From NCBI GenBank assembly GCA_023213395.1, contig CM041465.1, forward strand, positions 223,269,741 through 223,333,740: a DNA stretch of 64,000 bases, in the 5' to 3' direction. The first letter of the stretch is position 1; every line of letters starts with the position of its first letter. The stretch is from Cycas panzhihuaensis (Eukaryota; Plantae; Cycadophyta). The notes under the pieces are model-generated. The model was not told where the DNA came from and did not search any database. It saw nothing but the letters and a program-made list of their open reading frames with translations. The position numbers and the translations under genes are program-made. Shown in pieces: positions 37,500 through 50,600 of this stretch.

Positions 37500-38566
37500 T
37501 GTCACTACTCTATTTATGCACCATCCAAAATGCCTTGATGATGGAGGACTAGTTTAAAAATGTTTGAGACTAGCTCAAAAAATTTGATCAATAGTAAGTG
37601 CTCAAGAGACCCTTTACTTCGGTAGGGGCAATTCCCTTTAAAAAATATGGTTGGTGTTGTTACAAAAACCAAAACTATCCCAAGTTTAGAGGACATAGTT
37701 GGTATTGTTACATATATATATTAATAAAATCTGCTTTAGCTTATGAAGAGGAAAAGATAGGGAGCTAGTGAAAGAGGTTCTAATAGAGTATTAGGTTAAT
37801 GTTTGAGCGTAGTAACCTTCCTAAATCACTCAAGCCACCAATGTAAAAATATATCAAATGAAAGAAGGTTAAGGATAAAAAGAATACCAAATTTGTGTCT
37901 AGGCAGAGTAGCCCTACTAAATCACCTAGTCTACCAATTAAATATTCAAAAAAGAAGGTTGAAAAAGGGAAGAATACTAAATTATTATCTAGGCAAACTA
38001 ATATTACTAAGTCACCTAATCCAAAAATTAGATATTCAAAGAGAGATAAGATGTGCAAAAAGAAAAGGAGAAATACTAAAGATATGTTGCCAAACAATGC
38101 TTAGACATACCACTAGAGCTAAATAATTTAATCAATGGTTTAAGATAACCTAAAAAAATATCATAATCTAGGGTTATAAAGACTAAACTTTGAGTTGACT
38201 TAACTATCTTATCCTTCTTGCATAGGTTGCTTCTTACTCATATATGTATGTAAGTAAATATCTTCTTTATCTATGAGCTAGTATTCTAATGTAATTTTTT
38301 TGAGAATGTTTTTTTCATTACTTTCATGGTCATATCTAGTGGCACAACAATGCTTGTACTATTGACAAAGTTGTTATTAGTGTCAAAATATCCATCTTTG
38401 CATTCCTCTTTCTCTTCGTTTATGCTAATAATATCAAATCATAACTACAAATTGACCAAAACTATCCATTATTGCATATACATAATAATTTTCTTGATCC
38501 AATAACCAAATAGACTACGCTATTAAATCATTGAAAGAAAAATAGTTGTAATAATATCCTTAAAGA

Positions 38567-41500
38567 TGTTAGAATTAGAAATGTAATATGCAATAAGACA
38601 TTTAATGGTGAGTAAATGATAGAACAATAAAGTATAAGAAAGATGAAGTATGTACACAAATGAACATCATGTATGGAGAAATGGCCAAAACTCAATTAGA
38701 GAGAATGAAAAGTACATACTTACAGTGCATACTCACCATTAGTAAGAGAACACCATTGGTTGACTTAGAGGTGGCACACATCTATAGGTGGCCCATAACC
38801 TCTAATATAAAATACAAATAAATAGAGAGAGAGAGAGATTATATAAGAGTAATATATAATTAGGTATTACACCTAACATTCCCCTCTGTAATAGTCAATT
38901 ACATAAATGATTATCACATTAAATAAATGTCAAGTCTTCAAAAGTATATTAGATCAAATGTTACTGCACATAAATAAAAGCTATCGATGTCCATATGAAG
39001 TGAAGTCCATCTATCAGAATGTATGGGTCCTCAGCTGCTGCAATCACTAGTTGAGTAGGAACTCTCTTTGTGTACGTGGATCAATCGATGCTGGCAAGAG
39101 TAGCTATAAAATGTCCCACCCCTTGTTCATATGGGAGTGTAAGCACAAAAATGTATAAGTGGCACATAAGAGTAGCTTTGAAAAGTGTGTCCTACCTCTT
39201 GCTAAATAGGACTATCACTTCTTCAACATCTAATGGTCAAGAATACAATAGACTCTATGGCCTCAAATTTACTATATGGACTAAAATATGCCTCTTTGGG
39301 CTGTACAACGTTCCACCATGAGCAAAATAACCAGCAATAGATGTTTCTACATGACTTAAAAATGATAGATGTGACTCGAGTATAGTATACATGATTCTCC
39401 TTTATACAATAAAGTATAAAATGAACTCAATGGGTTCTCAAGAGCTAAAAAATAGGCCTCGGTACATATTATTCCCCCCACCCCATTTGGGGTACATCAC
39501 ATTATGAAGACTTGAAAATATAATATGTGCCTGAAAAAACTGAGAAAAAATGAAAAAAAGCATAAACTTATGACTTTAAACTAAAATTTCTTCATGGAAA
39601 CTACTCCAAATGATATCAAATAACCTACCAAATGAAAGTTCTCTCTATTACAAATCCAACACAACAAACGAGACTGAAAAAGGAGCCTTATAGCTTAAGA
39701 TATAGTCAAAATTGTGACGAGTACTCCATATGGAGAACTCATGTGACTAAAGAGCTCATATGAAGAACTCATGTGACTAAAGAGCTGAAGATTAGGGGGC
39801 TAGGTGGATCCAAAATAATATTTAATATAATCTAATTTTTTTTTTTTTTTAATTAAAAAAAATATAAACCCCTTCCAATGAAATTTAGAATTTGCCAAAA
39901 TATAATATACACAAAAATCAAAACATTATAAGAAATAAAATAGAACCCCTAAAATATTAGCGTTTCGAATATTTTGTGTTTGTGTTGTAAGGGCAGCTGC
40001 CATTACTTCTATGTGTCACCATGTTGATTTGCATCATCGTTGTTTTGTGTTTGTAAATCTGCCATTCTGTTCGCTTGTAGATTTCGACTACATGCAGCGT
40101 TGTCACCATGAATGTAGGTCTGCTTACCACCAGGTCTGTGTCTCCATGGATGTGTTACATGGGGGGTCTCTTTTGGTATGCAACCTCATATTATATCTCT
40201 ATTAACGTGTACTCACAATTTAATAACACATCAAGAGTGTGTATTTGTGTGTTCTCCACTGAACTGGGTATGACTCGATGACACTTCTCCATCTGTGGAT
40301 CTACCTGCACCCTATTATATGATTTCTTATAATTAGAATTTAGGATTTGACATATTTTAGTTCTACTAGATTTTTTAGTGGATGATCATGAAAATGATTC
40401 TGGTGAGGTCTCCCTATGAGGAGGACCATTGTAGCAGCTGTTAGGATGGTGGCCTTTTTCAAGGCCAGGATACCACATTTAAGGGCAATTTTCTTTTCTA
40501 ATGGCAAATATCTATTTGGTATATCCAATTCCAAGCTAGGATGCCCCAAATTTTTGATCCTTTGATAAACTCTAGGTATCGATGTCTTTATGCAGAGGCT
40601 TCTGCACTTAGACCTAGCGAAGATTTAAATCAAGTATAAGAATGAGGGGATAAGGATGGCATTCAGGAGGAATAAATCCATCCTATTTATCTCCTACAAC
40701 ACCACCTCACCCAAACATAAATTGCTTGATTGACCATCTTCCATCTAAAAGACTGACTTGGAAACAACAGCCCCCCCCCCCCCCCCATTTTTATTTTTAT
40801 TTTTATTGTTTAATAATACATAAAAACATAGGCCAAATTTTGAAGGCATTAAATATGTAATTTTTTTTTAATTTTTTTTTAATACAATAAGAGTACATAT
40901 CAACAGAAAAATTTATGACCTTTATTCACTTGTAAATCTACAAACCCTTTCAGAATGGAGTCACTCTTGGCCTTTGGATAGCAAGAAGGACTCTCTCAAC
41001 TACTGTCAACAATTATTATTGCATTCTTATCTACTGATATACAAAGGAAATGATCATCCAGTAATTAAAATCTACACAATAAATTATTGTCGACTTTCAC
41101 CATGAAGAACCTGCATGCAATATTATTATGGTGCCACATGTACATAAAGTATCCACTTGAGCGGCTTAAATAGACTTCAAAATAGCTACTAATATCCTCA
41201 AAATAGGCTTGAAAGCAATCTCACAATAACATCAAAATAGTGTCTCAAAATTTGATAATAGTCCCATAAGAAAATGTGCATAAGATGTAACTTAAAATGA
41301 TCCTTCAAGTGACTAGATCAAAAAGCAGGTACATCAAAAAATTGACAAGGCTTGAAAGATCAAAAACAAGGATAACATGTACTAGGGTTTACCATGATGC
41401 CCTCAAGGATTGAACCTTGGGCTCTAATACCATGTTAGAATTAGAAATGTAATATACAACAAGACATTTAATGGTGAGTAAATAATAGAACAATAAAGTA

Positions 41501-41745
41501 TAAGAAAGATGAAGTATGTACATAAATAAACACCATATGTAGAGAATTAGCCAAAACTTAATTAGAGAGAATAAAAAAGTATATACTTATAGTACATGCT
41601 CACCATTAGTGAGAGAACCCCATTGGTCAACTTAGAGGTGGCACATATCTCTAAGTGGCTCACAACCTCTAATATAAAATACAAATAAATAGAGAGAGAG
41701 CGAGATTATATAAAGGTAATATGTAATTGGGTATTACACCAAACA
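38567..41745 (-). mobile_element. Non-autonomous LTR element (3179 bp) inside the Tat 3' LTR
   Basis: LTRs 38567-38878 and 41433-41745 (TG..CA), PBS TGGTATTAGAGC at 41421-41432, PPT at 38879-38887, TSD AAAGA/AAATA. Confidence 0.93.
39727..39786. repeat. 30-bp tandem duplication CATATG(G/A)AGAACTCATGTGACTAAAGAGCT
   Basis: Two near-identical copies. Confidence 0.9.
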
Positions 41746-42409
41746 AAATAAAGAAAAAGAGACTAATGGTATATACTTCTCTCAAAGATCCATATTATAT
41801 GGTTATGACATATTTATCCACTTTTCCATCATTAGAATATTCTTAACAATGAAGGCTTATAAATAAGTATATAAATTAAATATCACAATGTTTTAAAAAT
41901 GCACTAATTGGGCTAAATAGATTTGCAACACACTTAGATACCCAAGGACAATAATTTCACAATAGAAAATGGGAGTAGAGCTATTTAGAGTCCCACAACA
42001 AACTAAAATATAATCCACATTCAAGGATTGATAGACACCAACACCTAATAGCTTCATGCCATATGGCACTTCTACTGTTATTGGGATTCTCCCCATGATC
42101 CAAGATTTCCATGTGGGTTTACCTTTATAAAGTGTAGATATAATAGGAACAACAAACTATTAGACTCTTGAAAATAAATTAATATGGAAGGAAGGAAGAG
42201 AGGAAGGTAAAAAAAAAAAAAAATCATAGAAGCAAAGCATATACTAGTTAGGCTAGCATAAGTTGAATAATTTTTTCTTGCATCCTCCCCTTGTTTCCTT
42301 TCTTTTATCTTTATGCTTTGGGTGTTAAGGCTTCAATATGTCACCCACTTTGCTAGCAAGTAATGAGATTTATTGGCATATAAGGCACAAAATGTTTTGT
42401 CACCTATTT

Positions 42410-45300
42410 ATTTTTTGAAATGCCTCTTACTTATTTGTAGTTGGTGTAATAATAATGGCATATTAACTCTGAATCTATGGACCCCATGATCATCTAGGCT
42501 ACCCTTTTAAAGATTTGATCTCTAGAATCTAATCATTCAATTTCCCAAGTATATATCCTAGGCCTACACCTTCACTTCTTCAAGTTAGTATTGAGTTCCC
42601 TTTCCTATAGATGATCCCCCCCATCTTGGTTACCATTTCTTCTTTCAATTATGGGATTAATTGTAGGTTGACTAGCTGTATGTCGACCTCTAACATGTGT
42701 ACTTTCTCCTTCACTAGAGTAATCTTGTCTTTCTTATTTCTTACTAGGATCTAGAGGCATACATGTTGAGGCAGCCATTTATACATTTGTAAAGCCCACT
42801 TATTGGGCTTAGTTTCTTGGTCAAAGGCAAACTCTTCTATAACTTCCTTATCTCCATCTTTGATCTCTTAATGAATTCCTCTTTTCTTATAAGTTCCTCC
42901 TTGCCTTGAGAACAAATATTATACTCATCTATTAAGGAATTAAAGGTAGCGTATATAGTTTATACCATACCCTCTAACTCTTCAGTGCCTTCAACTACCG
43001 TATGAGCCCCAACTACACTTGTGCTTAGTATGTGTTGCCATTGATGAATGAATGGATTTTCTTGATTACCTTGAGCACTTGGCCTAAACACTTGTTGTTT
43101 GAAGGTACAAAATAAGTTAGACTTATGTAACTCTAATAAAAAAGTAGGTCATACACTACTAGGGACTTGCTTAATTCTATTTAGCCTTAGCTTGAGCTCA
43201 AATAATTTTCTCATAAAGTCCTATAGACTTAGGTCCATATGTTTACTTAACTCTTCATACATTTCCATCATGGTCCTAATGGCTTACACAACTTTCTCAC
43301 CCTTAGTTATTGTTTTATATCTTCTCAATTTTTTTTGTAGCTCCAACCTATAAAGATTATATTATTAACCTTTCCTACAACTAAGTGAGGTGCTTTATTT
43401 TCTCCTTCAAGATTAAGTTCTTTGTCCTTAAGGATGTACTCTCTTGCATCACACTTTACAATTGTGCTTGTAGAGAATTGACCTTAGCCTTTACCACTTG
43501 TCCTATAGCCATATGTACCTCCATAGCCTTGATTACTGAATCCTCTTGCATCTGCTATGAAATGGTTTTCACTTGATTTCCCCCCTTCTTTATAGTCTTT
43601 TACAACACCTTATCTTATTTCCTCCACCAATGGAAATTTTCCTTAGTTATTTCATCGTTGGTCAAGGCTTGAGCCCCACATGTAGATCACCTTTTAAATT
43701 TCACTTGTTCTTTAACCCAAGGGTCTACACAAACAACTATTCATCAATATACTCTCCTTATTAAGTCTTGTTAGTTTGCATATGCTATTAAGGTCTATCA
43801 TGGGTTTTCTGTAAAGAAGCTTTCTCTGGTATTTCTGAGGATATTTAATCTAATCCTCTAGTTCCTTCTTTGAGTTGTGGATTCCCCTTGGATGTGGGTA
43901 TCAACCTATTGTAGGCTATCCTGGGTAGTTATTTTAATTTGTTTAGGGACTACTTATATAGGTGTCTATTGACCACCATATCTTCTTGCTCTATTGTGGT
44001 GATTCTTAATACTAATTCTTGAGTATAGTAGTTAGTAATAGTCTTGGTTATCATGACAACCCTATTTGGAGAAACTATCATATCTAGTTGTAACCTTTCC
44101 TGGTTTCCTATGGGCTCGATATTGCTAGTTCTTGCCCCTTCTATATTACTAATACATGGATTTGCACCATGCATCATCTCCTTTTGTCTTGGTGAGATAC
44201 TTGGTTTTCCAAAAGGCAAGTTCTATGCTTTGCATATATTTTAGGCAACCAAATTATCCATCACAGGGGTAATTAGAATGTCCTACTAGCTTCTTTCTAC
44301 CACAACTCGGGCCATTCTTATTCCTTTTAGATTACTCATCTAATTAGTAATAAATAGGACTATCACAACATCCTTCAATATCTTTACAACTTCCATAAAC
44401 TTAACCTTTTTAGCTCCATCTTGTGGGGTTTGTAGAAGAGATGGTTGGGATACTGGATGTGTCCTAGATGGTGATGTTATTTGTGATCTATCTTGTGGTA
44501 GTTGTGTTATAACATGTGGCAATTGAGTTTTGACAACTATTTGGGGGGGGGGGGGGTGTAAGTTAGAAGAATTTTCCCTCTTTTGGCTAAATGTTTAGGA
44601 AGGTGTCTTTTTCTTATTCTTAGAAAGGTGAAAATCAAGATTTAATAAATCATCACTATTGCCACCCTTTGTGAATGGCCTCTTATCATCTTTTATTTAC
44701 AATAGCCTACCAAGAACTATTAGTATCTATAAATTCATTGGGAGCAAACTGTAAATTGGATATATAAATATTTTTCTTGGCCTTTAGATTCCTAAAATTC
44801 TTTAAGCCAATAGGCATAGGCCTTTGGCATATTAAATGCATACCATCCAAATACTTACTCATCACCTTATTTGGGCCATAAAATCTTGATGGAGTCTTAG
44901 GTTGCAATCCTTTAATGAGGTACATTTCATATCATTTTATAGCCATCCATTTACTCCCAATAGCCCATATGTATTAGTCTTATTTGAGAAGGGACCTTCT
45001 TCCATTTAGCTTATAGCCTAGCCCTTATTGACGACAATTGTTTACAAACTTCCATAAGGTTCATTTGGGTTTATATGTATTTGGGTAAATACAGAGCATA
45101 ACCTTGATATCCATACAATTAAATGGTGCAAAAATCTTCAAGTGAGGAAAAATCCCCAAATTATAGTAACAACTGGCCTCTTTACTTTGAGTCATCCCTT
45201 GTGGGTGATTGAAAGTATTATTAGCAAAATTAAAATGTTGCCTCTTGCTAACCACTTTTGAAAATGAAGAGTTACATTCATATTAAAAGAGAGCATTATA
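42410..45300 (-). pseudogene. Tat 3' extra ORF remnant (~3 kb, sense to pol, E/K-rich coiled-coil-like C-terminus), function unknown
   Basis: Chain of minus-strand ORF fragments between the pol end and the PPT; the C-terminal part is duplicated at 52430-53273. Confidence 0.6.
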
Positions 45301-45344
45301 TACTATATTTATGGCTGATGTTTCTTTAATTCTCATTCAAACTA

Positions 45345-47850
45345 GAAGACATGTTTAAGGAAACCCCTATTAATTGGAATTGGTAATTCCTCTTATTTAT
45401 CATTTTTTAATCTGAATGCACTGTCACCTATTACTTTAGAAATGGTGAAGGGTCAGAGCCATAGGGAATCAAATTTCTTATAGGCACTTAGTTTCTCTCT
45501 AGCCTTGTCCCACATTAAAACCTTATCACCCATGCTAAATTCCTTTTGCAAGGAGAACCTTTTTCCAAAGGACCTTTTATTAATGATATTGAATATTATA
45601 CTTTACCTCCTCACACTTCTCCTAAAGAGCCAACAAATGATTGGGTGCTCTTATTATAGGAGTTATTTCAGAGTCCTATTAATTAGCCAATTACAGGGTA
45701 GTTAATACAAGAAGGGAAGGGAGAATGGATTCTTTTCCATATGCCAATAGGTAAGGAGAATATCCTGCATCTTCTTTTGTGATAGTTATGTCTACCCACG
45801 ATGCTTGGAGTATCTTTGTATGTTAGTCCTCTTGATTTTGTTCCATAGTCCTCTTCAATATTTTGATTAGATTTGTATTGGTAGACTTAACTAGCCCATT
45901 ACCTTGGAAGTAATAGTTGGATGAGGTATTTAAGCTTATATTCATCTCTTTGTTGAATCTTTTCATTTTAGTTGAAATAAATGCCACACCATTATTAGAG
46001 AGAAAGAATGGGGGTTTCTCAAATCTTGGAGTAATGACTTCTTATAGGAAATTAATCACTATGCTAGTAGTAGCTCTCTTGACAATAATGTCCTTTACTC
46101 ATCTACTAAAATAATTTGTTGTTGTTAAAATAAAAATGTGATCCCTGCTTGATGATGGATCGATAAGGCCAATAAAATATAAACCCATTTTTTCAAAAGT
46201 TGATCATCATGTACTAGTTTTAGAGGTATTGTTACTAGTTTCTATTTCCCTATGAACTTTGGCAGGCTATGCATCTCTTAACCTTTTGAAATATATACTT
46301 GAAAATATAAGGCCAAGAATATCCCAATATTAAAATCTTATGAGCAATTAAATCTATTGAGGAGTGCTCACTATATATTTTTGCATGGAAATTTTCAAGC
46401 ATTTCTTGTCCCTTTTCATTGGTTAGACATCTTAGAAAGACTCCATCATAACTTCTTCTATACAGTTTCCTCTACACCAAAATGTATGGAACAACCCTCA
46501 ATTTCAATGATCTTTTAAACTTCTCATCCATCTAATTTGGGCATCTCCTATTTTCAAGATAGAATTCAACATCCCATAAGAATGGATAAAATTTTACATG
46601 ATCCTCTTCCCTAGGAATTGTGCTAGTTATTTCTTCTTCTATAAGTTATATCCTTCCTTTAGCTATTATCAAATTTTATATCTCATCCTCAACCATCATC
46701 TTGTGCCCCCCCCATAATAGCACGCCCCCCCCCCCCCACCCCACCTTATCTTAATAATTTTAATTGGCTTTACCTTCGAGTTAAGGTCATGTATCTTTGC
46801 CAACCATTTTGTCTATATTCTTGTAGGATCAATCTAGGCAATCATAGCTTTAAATAAAGCTAATAGGATATATACTGTTATATGATTATGCATAATATAA
46901 AACTTAAAATCCTTAACTACCTTCACTAGGGCATATGCCTGCTTATCAACTTTAGTGTACTTTAGTTGATAATCTTTTAAGGCTTTTCTCTAAAAGGCTA
47001 TTGGCCTTTCTTAGTCATTTACATCTTTCTATAGTAGCATGGCTACATAAGCCCCTTTTTGAACCATAAGAGCAGATAATAAAGTCTTTGCTAAAATTAG
47101 GGTTAGGCAATATTGGCACTTTGGTGATAACATCATTAATCTCATCAAAGACCTTGCAAGCCAAATGATCCTACTTAAATGGAAAATCTTTCTTCAATAA
47201 CTTGTTAATTAAGAGGTTTACATTAGAAAAACATGGAATAAACCTTTTCAAGAAATTAACCTTATTAAAGAATGACTTATGGCCCTTTTGCTAGTAGGTA
47301 ATGGTAATTTTAATTGCTTTTACATGTTTTGGATCAATATATATCACTTCTTTTGAGATGATATGTTCAAGAAATTTACCTTTGATGACACCAAAGACAG
47401 TTTTCTTTGGGTTGAGACATAAACCAAACTCACAACATCTTTGGAAAACTTGTATTAGGTGTTCCGGGTGGTCTACTCATTTTTTTGGAAAAGATAGTCA
47501 TATAATCTAGATAGATGACTAACCATGTTTAACTCCTATCTCTAAAGGAATAGTATATCATATCACTTAAGGGTTGAATACCTTTAGTTCTTCATATGAC
47601 TAGGCAAAGATGTCCTGGTATTCTTTATAGAGAGAGATGATTCTCTTCCTCTCATCTTGGGAACATGCCTTCCTTATCAAGATAGTTTTATGGTTTTCCT
47701 TAGTCCCCAAAGTATAATGAATACTTTCTTTCAAAGTTTGCTTTAAAGTTTTTGGTCTTGCATTTTTGAACTTTAGAGAATCATTTGAATTAAATAGAGC
47801 TTCTAGTGTAACCATACCTTTAGGAATCTTGTTTAACTCAAAGGACAACA
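45345..47850 (-). pseudogene. Tat RT (with internal deletion near 47530), RNase H and integrase
   Basis: KEYQDIFA*SYEEL; VIYLDY..CLNPKKTVFGV..GKFL; VDKQAYALVKVVKDF; KFDSLWL*PF (GPY/F); PINRGFLKH end motif. Confidence 0.9.
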
Positions 47851-48084
47851 CTTTAGATTCTAAATTAACCTTAGACTCTTCTTTTGCTTGGGGCTAGTGA
47901 GGTTCTTCCAAATACAAATAAGCAAATTCTTTATTTACTTGAACAAATAATAGTATATGGTCATTATCATCAAATATTTGCCAATGTTGTATGTTGTCTA
48001 ATACTATAGCTCTTGTGATAACTTGTACTACACCTTTTCCTGACTAACTTATGAGTTGTTCTCTAATAAAGGTGATGCTACTAT

Positions 48085-48445
48085 GAGAGAATCGATAAAT
48101 TGATTATCTTCCATGGGAACATACTTGATATTGAAAGTTTCAAACTTATTAATAAGCTGTAATGCCCTTTGCTTATAGCCTTTTAACCTTTCCCATTTAT
48201 TGGTGCATAATTATTTGACTTGTTGGAGTACTAGACCAAAATTCTCATGGGCCTATAATAGCTTAATCTTCAAGCTTTCAAACTTTTATAGGCATAGAAT
48301 CAATGCCTCACATTTTGCAATATTTTAAGTGCATTCAAATGGAAAATTAGGAGAAAGGCAAAGTACTTCTTGTTGGAGACTTAAGCATCATCCTAACACT
48401 AGCTTATAGTTTACATTTAGCCCCATCAAAATATAGAGTTAATAT
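48085..48445 (-). pseudogene. Archaeal-type RNase H (aRH) between protease and RT
   Basis: LTLYFDGAKCK..LKSP..FECT*NIAKCEALILCL..LVLQQV..FETFNIKYVPMEDNQFIDSL. Confidence 0.9.
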
Positions 48446-48699
48446 TTGAGTAAGATTATCCATTTGAACTCGATATTCTTGTTCCCCTTTAGTGGGAAAT
48501 CTATCCTCCATGTTTAAGAAAATAGTATATGGACCTAGACTACTAATGTCAAAAGAACACTCAACAACTCCTCCTTCCTTCACTTGTATATTATTTATCT
48601 ATCTTTCTTCTCTAGGGAAGGAACTACAATATTTTCCTAATGGAAAAGTTATTGTACCCATTTTGATATTGGGCACAACTCTTATTTTATGTGTGTAAT

Positions 48700-50600
48700 T
48701 TTTTCCCAACTACAAACTATAGATAGGTTGCATGTCTACCACCATTACTATGATCATAACAATTACCTTTGAGTTTGTTGAATGATTGACAACTAGATCC
48801 ATAACTTATCCCATTATGGAGATGACTATAAAACTTAGGGCTCTAATTATTTGACCTACTTTTGCATATTCAAGCCCTAGAATTTGTATTACAATAAATG
48901 ACATCATATTATGTGATGTACCTTTGTCCATAATATAATTATTTAGGATAAACTCATTATGAATCTCCAATGAAAGGTAGAATGGAGGCCTTTTAGACTT
49001 AATAAAAAGAATTGCACCTTGGACCACCTCCTTTTCCTCTATAATAGTGACATGCTACTCCTGTTACTAAAGCATGTTGATGAGCTTCTCCTTTTGTATG
49101 GATAACCTCATTGCTTGGTATAAATTCATACTAGTTGAGTACTTCAATAGGTCCTTTACAATACCACACTCTTAGACAACTTCTTAGTTGCATTATCTAC
49201 ATGTTTAGGAGGTACTAGATGCTTAAGAAGTTATATATTTCTAGGGGGTTGCTACTACTTAGTTGGTTGTTGCACTATCCCTATTGTGTTAGGGTTAGAA
49301 GCATTATTTTTAAGGCCATTTGAGCTTTGGCCTCCTCGCTTTGCTCCTTGAGCTCTAAATAACATTTCTAGATTAGCATCACCAATATAAGATTTTTCTA
49401 TATTAACAATTGAAGCTATGGTAAGTTCTAAAAGTTTTGATGAGAATGCTTCTCAATCTCCTAATCCTCTTATCAAACCCTTGAATTAGATAGTCTATTC
49501 TTCTAATATAGAGGCTTCAAATTCATCCTCATGATTAGTCATGTTTAGTTCCTACTTCTCCTTAGTCAACCTCTTCTAATATTGAAGATCATTATTTACT
49601 CTTCTTATAAGAGCTTGACTTTGAGCGTCCATAAGCTGGGTAGTAGGAGGGGCCTCCTTGTGAGTTGGAAACATGGGAGGAGTTATTGTCTTTCCAAATG
49701 TATTCATCATCTGCTCCATCCCTAAAGTTAGGACTTTAGAATCAACAAAAGTTTTTAGAAGTTTATACATCACCATCACTCTAGTTTTATTATTTAGTCC
49801 TTTTGAGAACCATTTGAACTATGCCTCCTTAGATGGCCTTTGGTTAGGATTGATCATCCTAACTTCTCAAATCTTTTGATCAAAGTTGAGGTTGTCTCTT
49901 TAGGACCCTTTCTAATTATGGATAACTCTTTTGTAAGTGTAGCATTAGATTTGGTATTGAAGTACTTTAGTTTAAAAGTTGTCATTAGGACCTACTAATA
50001 AATTATGGAATCATTGGGTAGGGTTTAAAACTAGTCAATTGCTCAACTTTCTAGAGAATGAACAAATAACATAACTACTATGTACACTTCTATGATGTTA
50101 AACATTTTCTCATGAGAAAAAATGGAGTGTTTCTACATAAAAATCAACCTTGCAGATGTAGTCTAGCAGAAGTAAAGGCCAAAATAACACAAGTTTGCAA
50201 ACAAATCACAAATAAATTGATCACCAAAAGGAGTATGAAAGTACTTTCTCTTCAAAGTTAATAATACTTAACAACCATTACAAGTGGAGTTAGACCCTTT
50301 AAATAGGCATGGCGGCCTTACATCTTATTGGACAACTTAGCGATCCATGCACAAATCTTAATAGCTAGCATCAATCCTTAACCCTTTGATGGCTCCCGCT
50401 TGCTAGTGCTTAAGAAAGGTGGGGTTATGTTACAAAAAATTACATTGGATGCTACTCTTTAGTAGTAGATCTATCTCTAAAAAATATGAAACAAGCATCT
50501 TAAGCTTTAACATGAATGTCATGTAGGACCCCCTCTAGATGTAACAGATCATTTACCATTTAAGGTATGAGCTCTTCCTCATCCTAACCACCTCTTCTAC
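48700..50600 (-). pseudogene. Tat gag and protease remnants
   Basis: RPPFYLSLEIHNEFILNNYIMDKGTSHNMM (protease); capsid remnants near 49900-50150, split by a solo LTR. Confidence 0.8.
50157..50543 (-). mobile_element. Solo LTR (387 bp) in the Tat gag
   Basis: Termini TGTAGTCTAG..CTAGATGTA, TSD GCAGA/ACAGA, TATA-like CCTATTTAAA on the minus strand; the gag sequence rejoins when it is removed. Confidence 0.7.

Noticed and set aside
37780-38126. Overlapping hydrophobic/basic ORFs
   Set aside because: Products of the purine-rich 90-bp LTR sub-repeat; frames are not kept in the other LTR.
40420-40460. PHD-finger-like HCSSC*DGG
   Set aside because: The remaining Cys/His ligands are absent; probably chance.
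43575-43592. Alternative PPT for the Tat element (AAAGAAGGGGGGAAA on the minus strand)
   Set aside because: Not followed by TG and lies within the extra-ORF remnant. The 42339 site fits the Tat PPT-TG pattern in both copies.
40771-46745. Poly(C)/poly(G) runs at ~40771, ~44563 and ~46726 as functional G-quadruplexes
   Set aside because: Isolated homopolymer expansions in dead elements, possibly affected by sequencing error; no supporting conservation.
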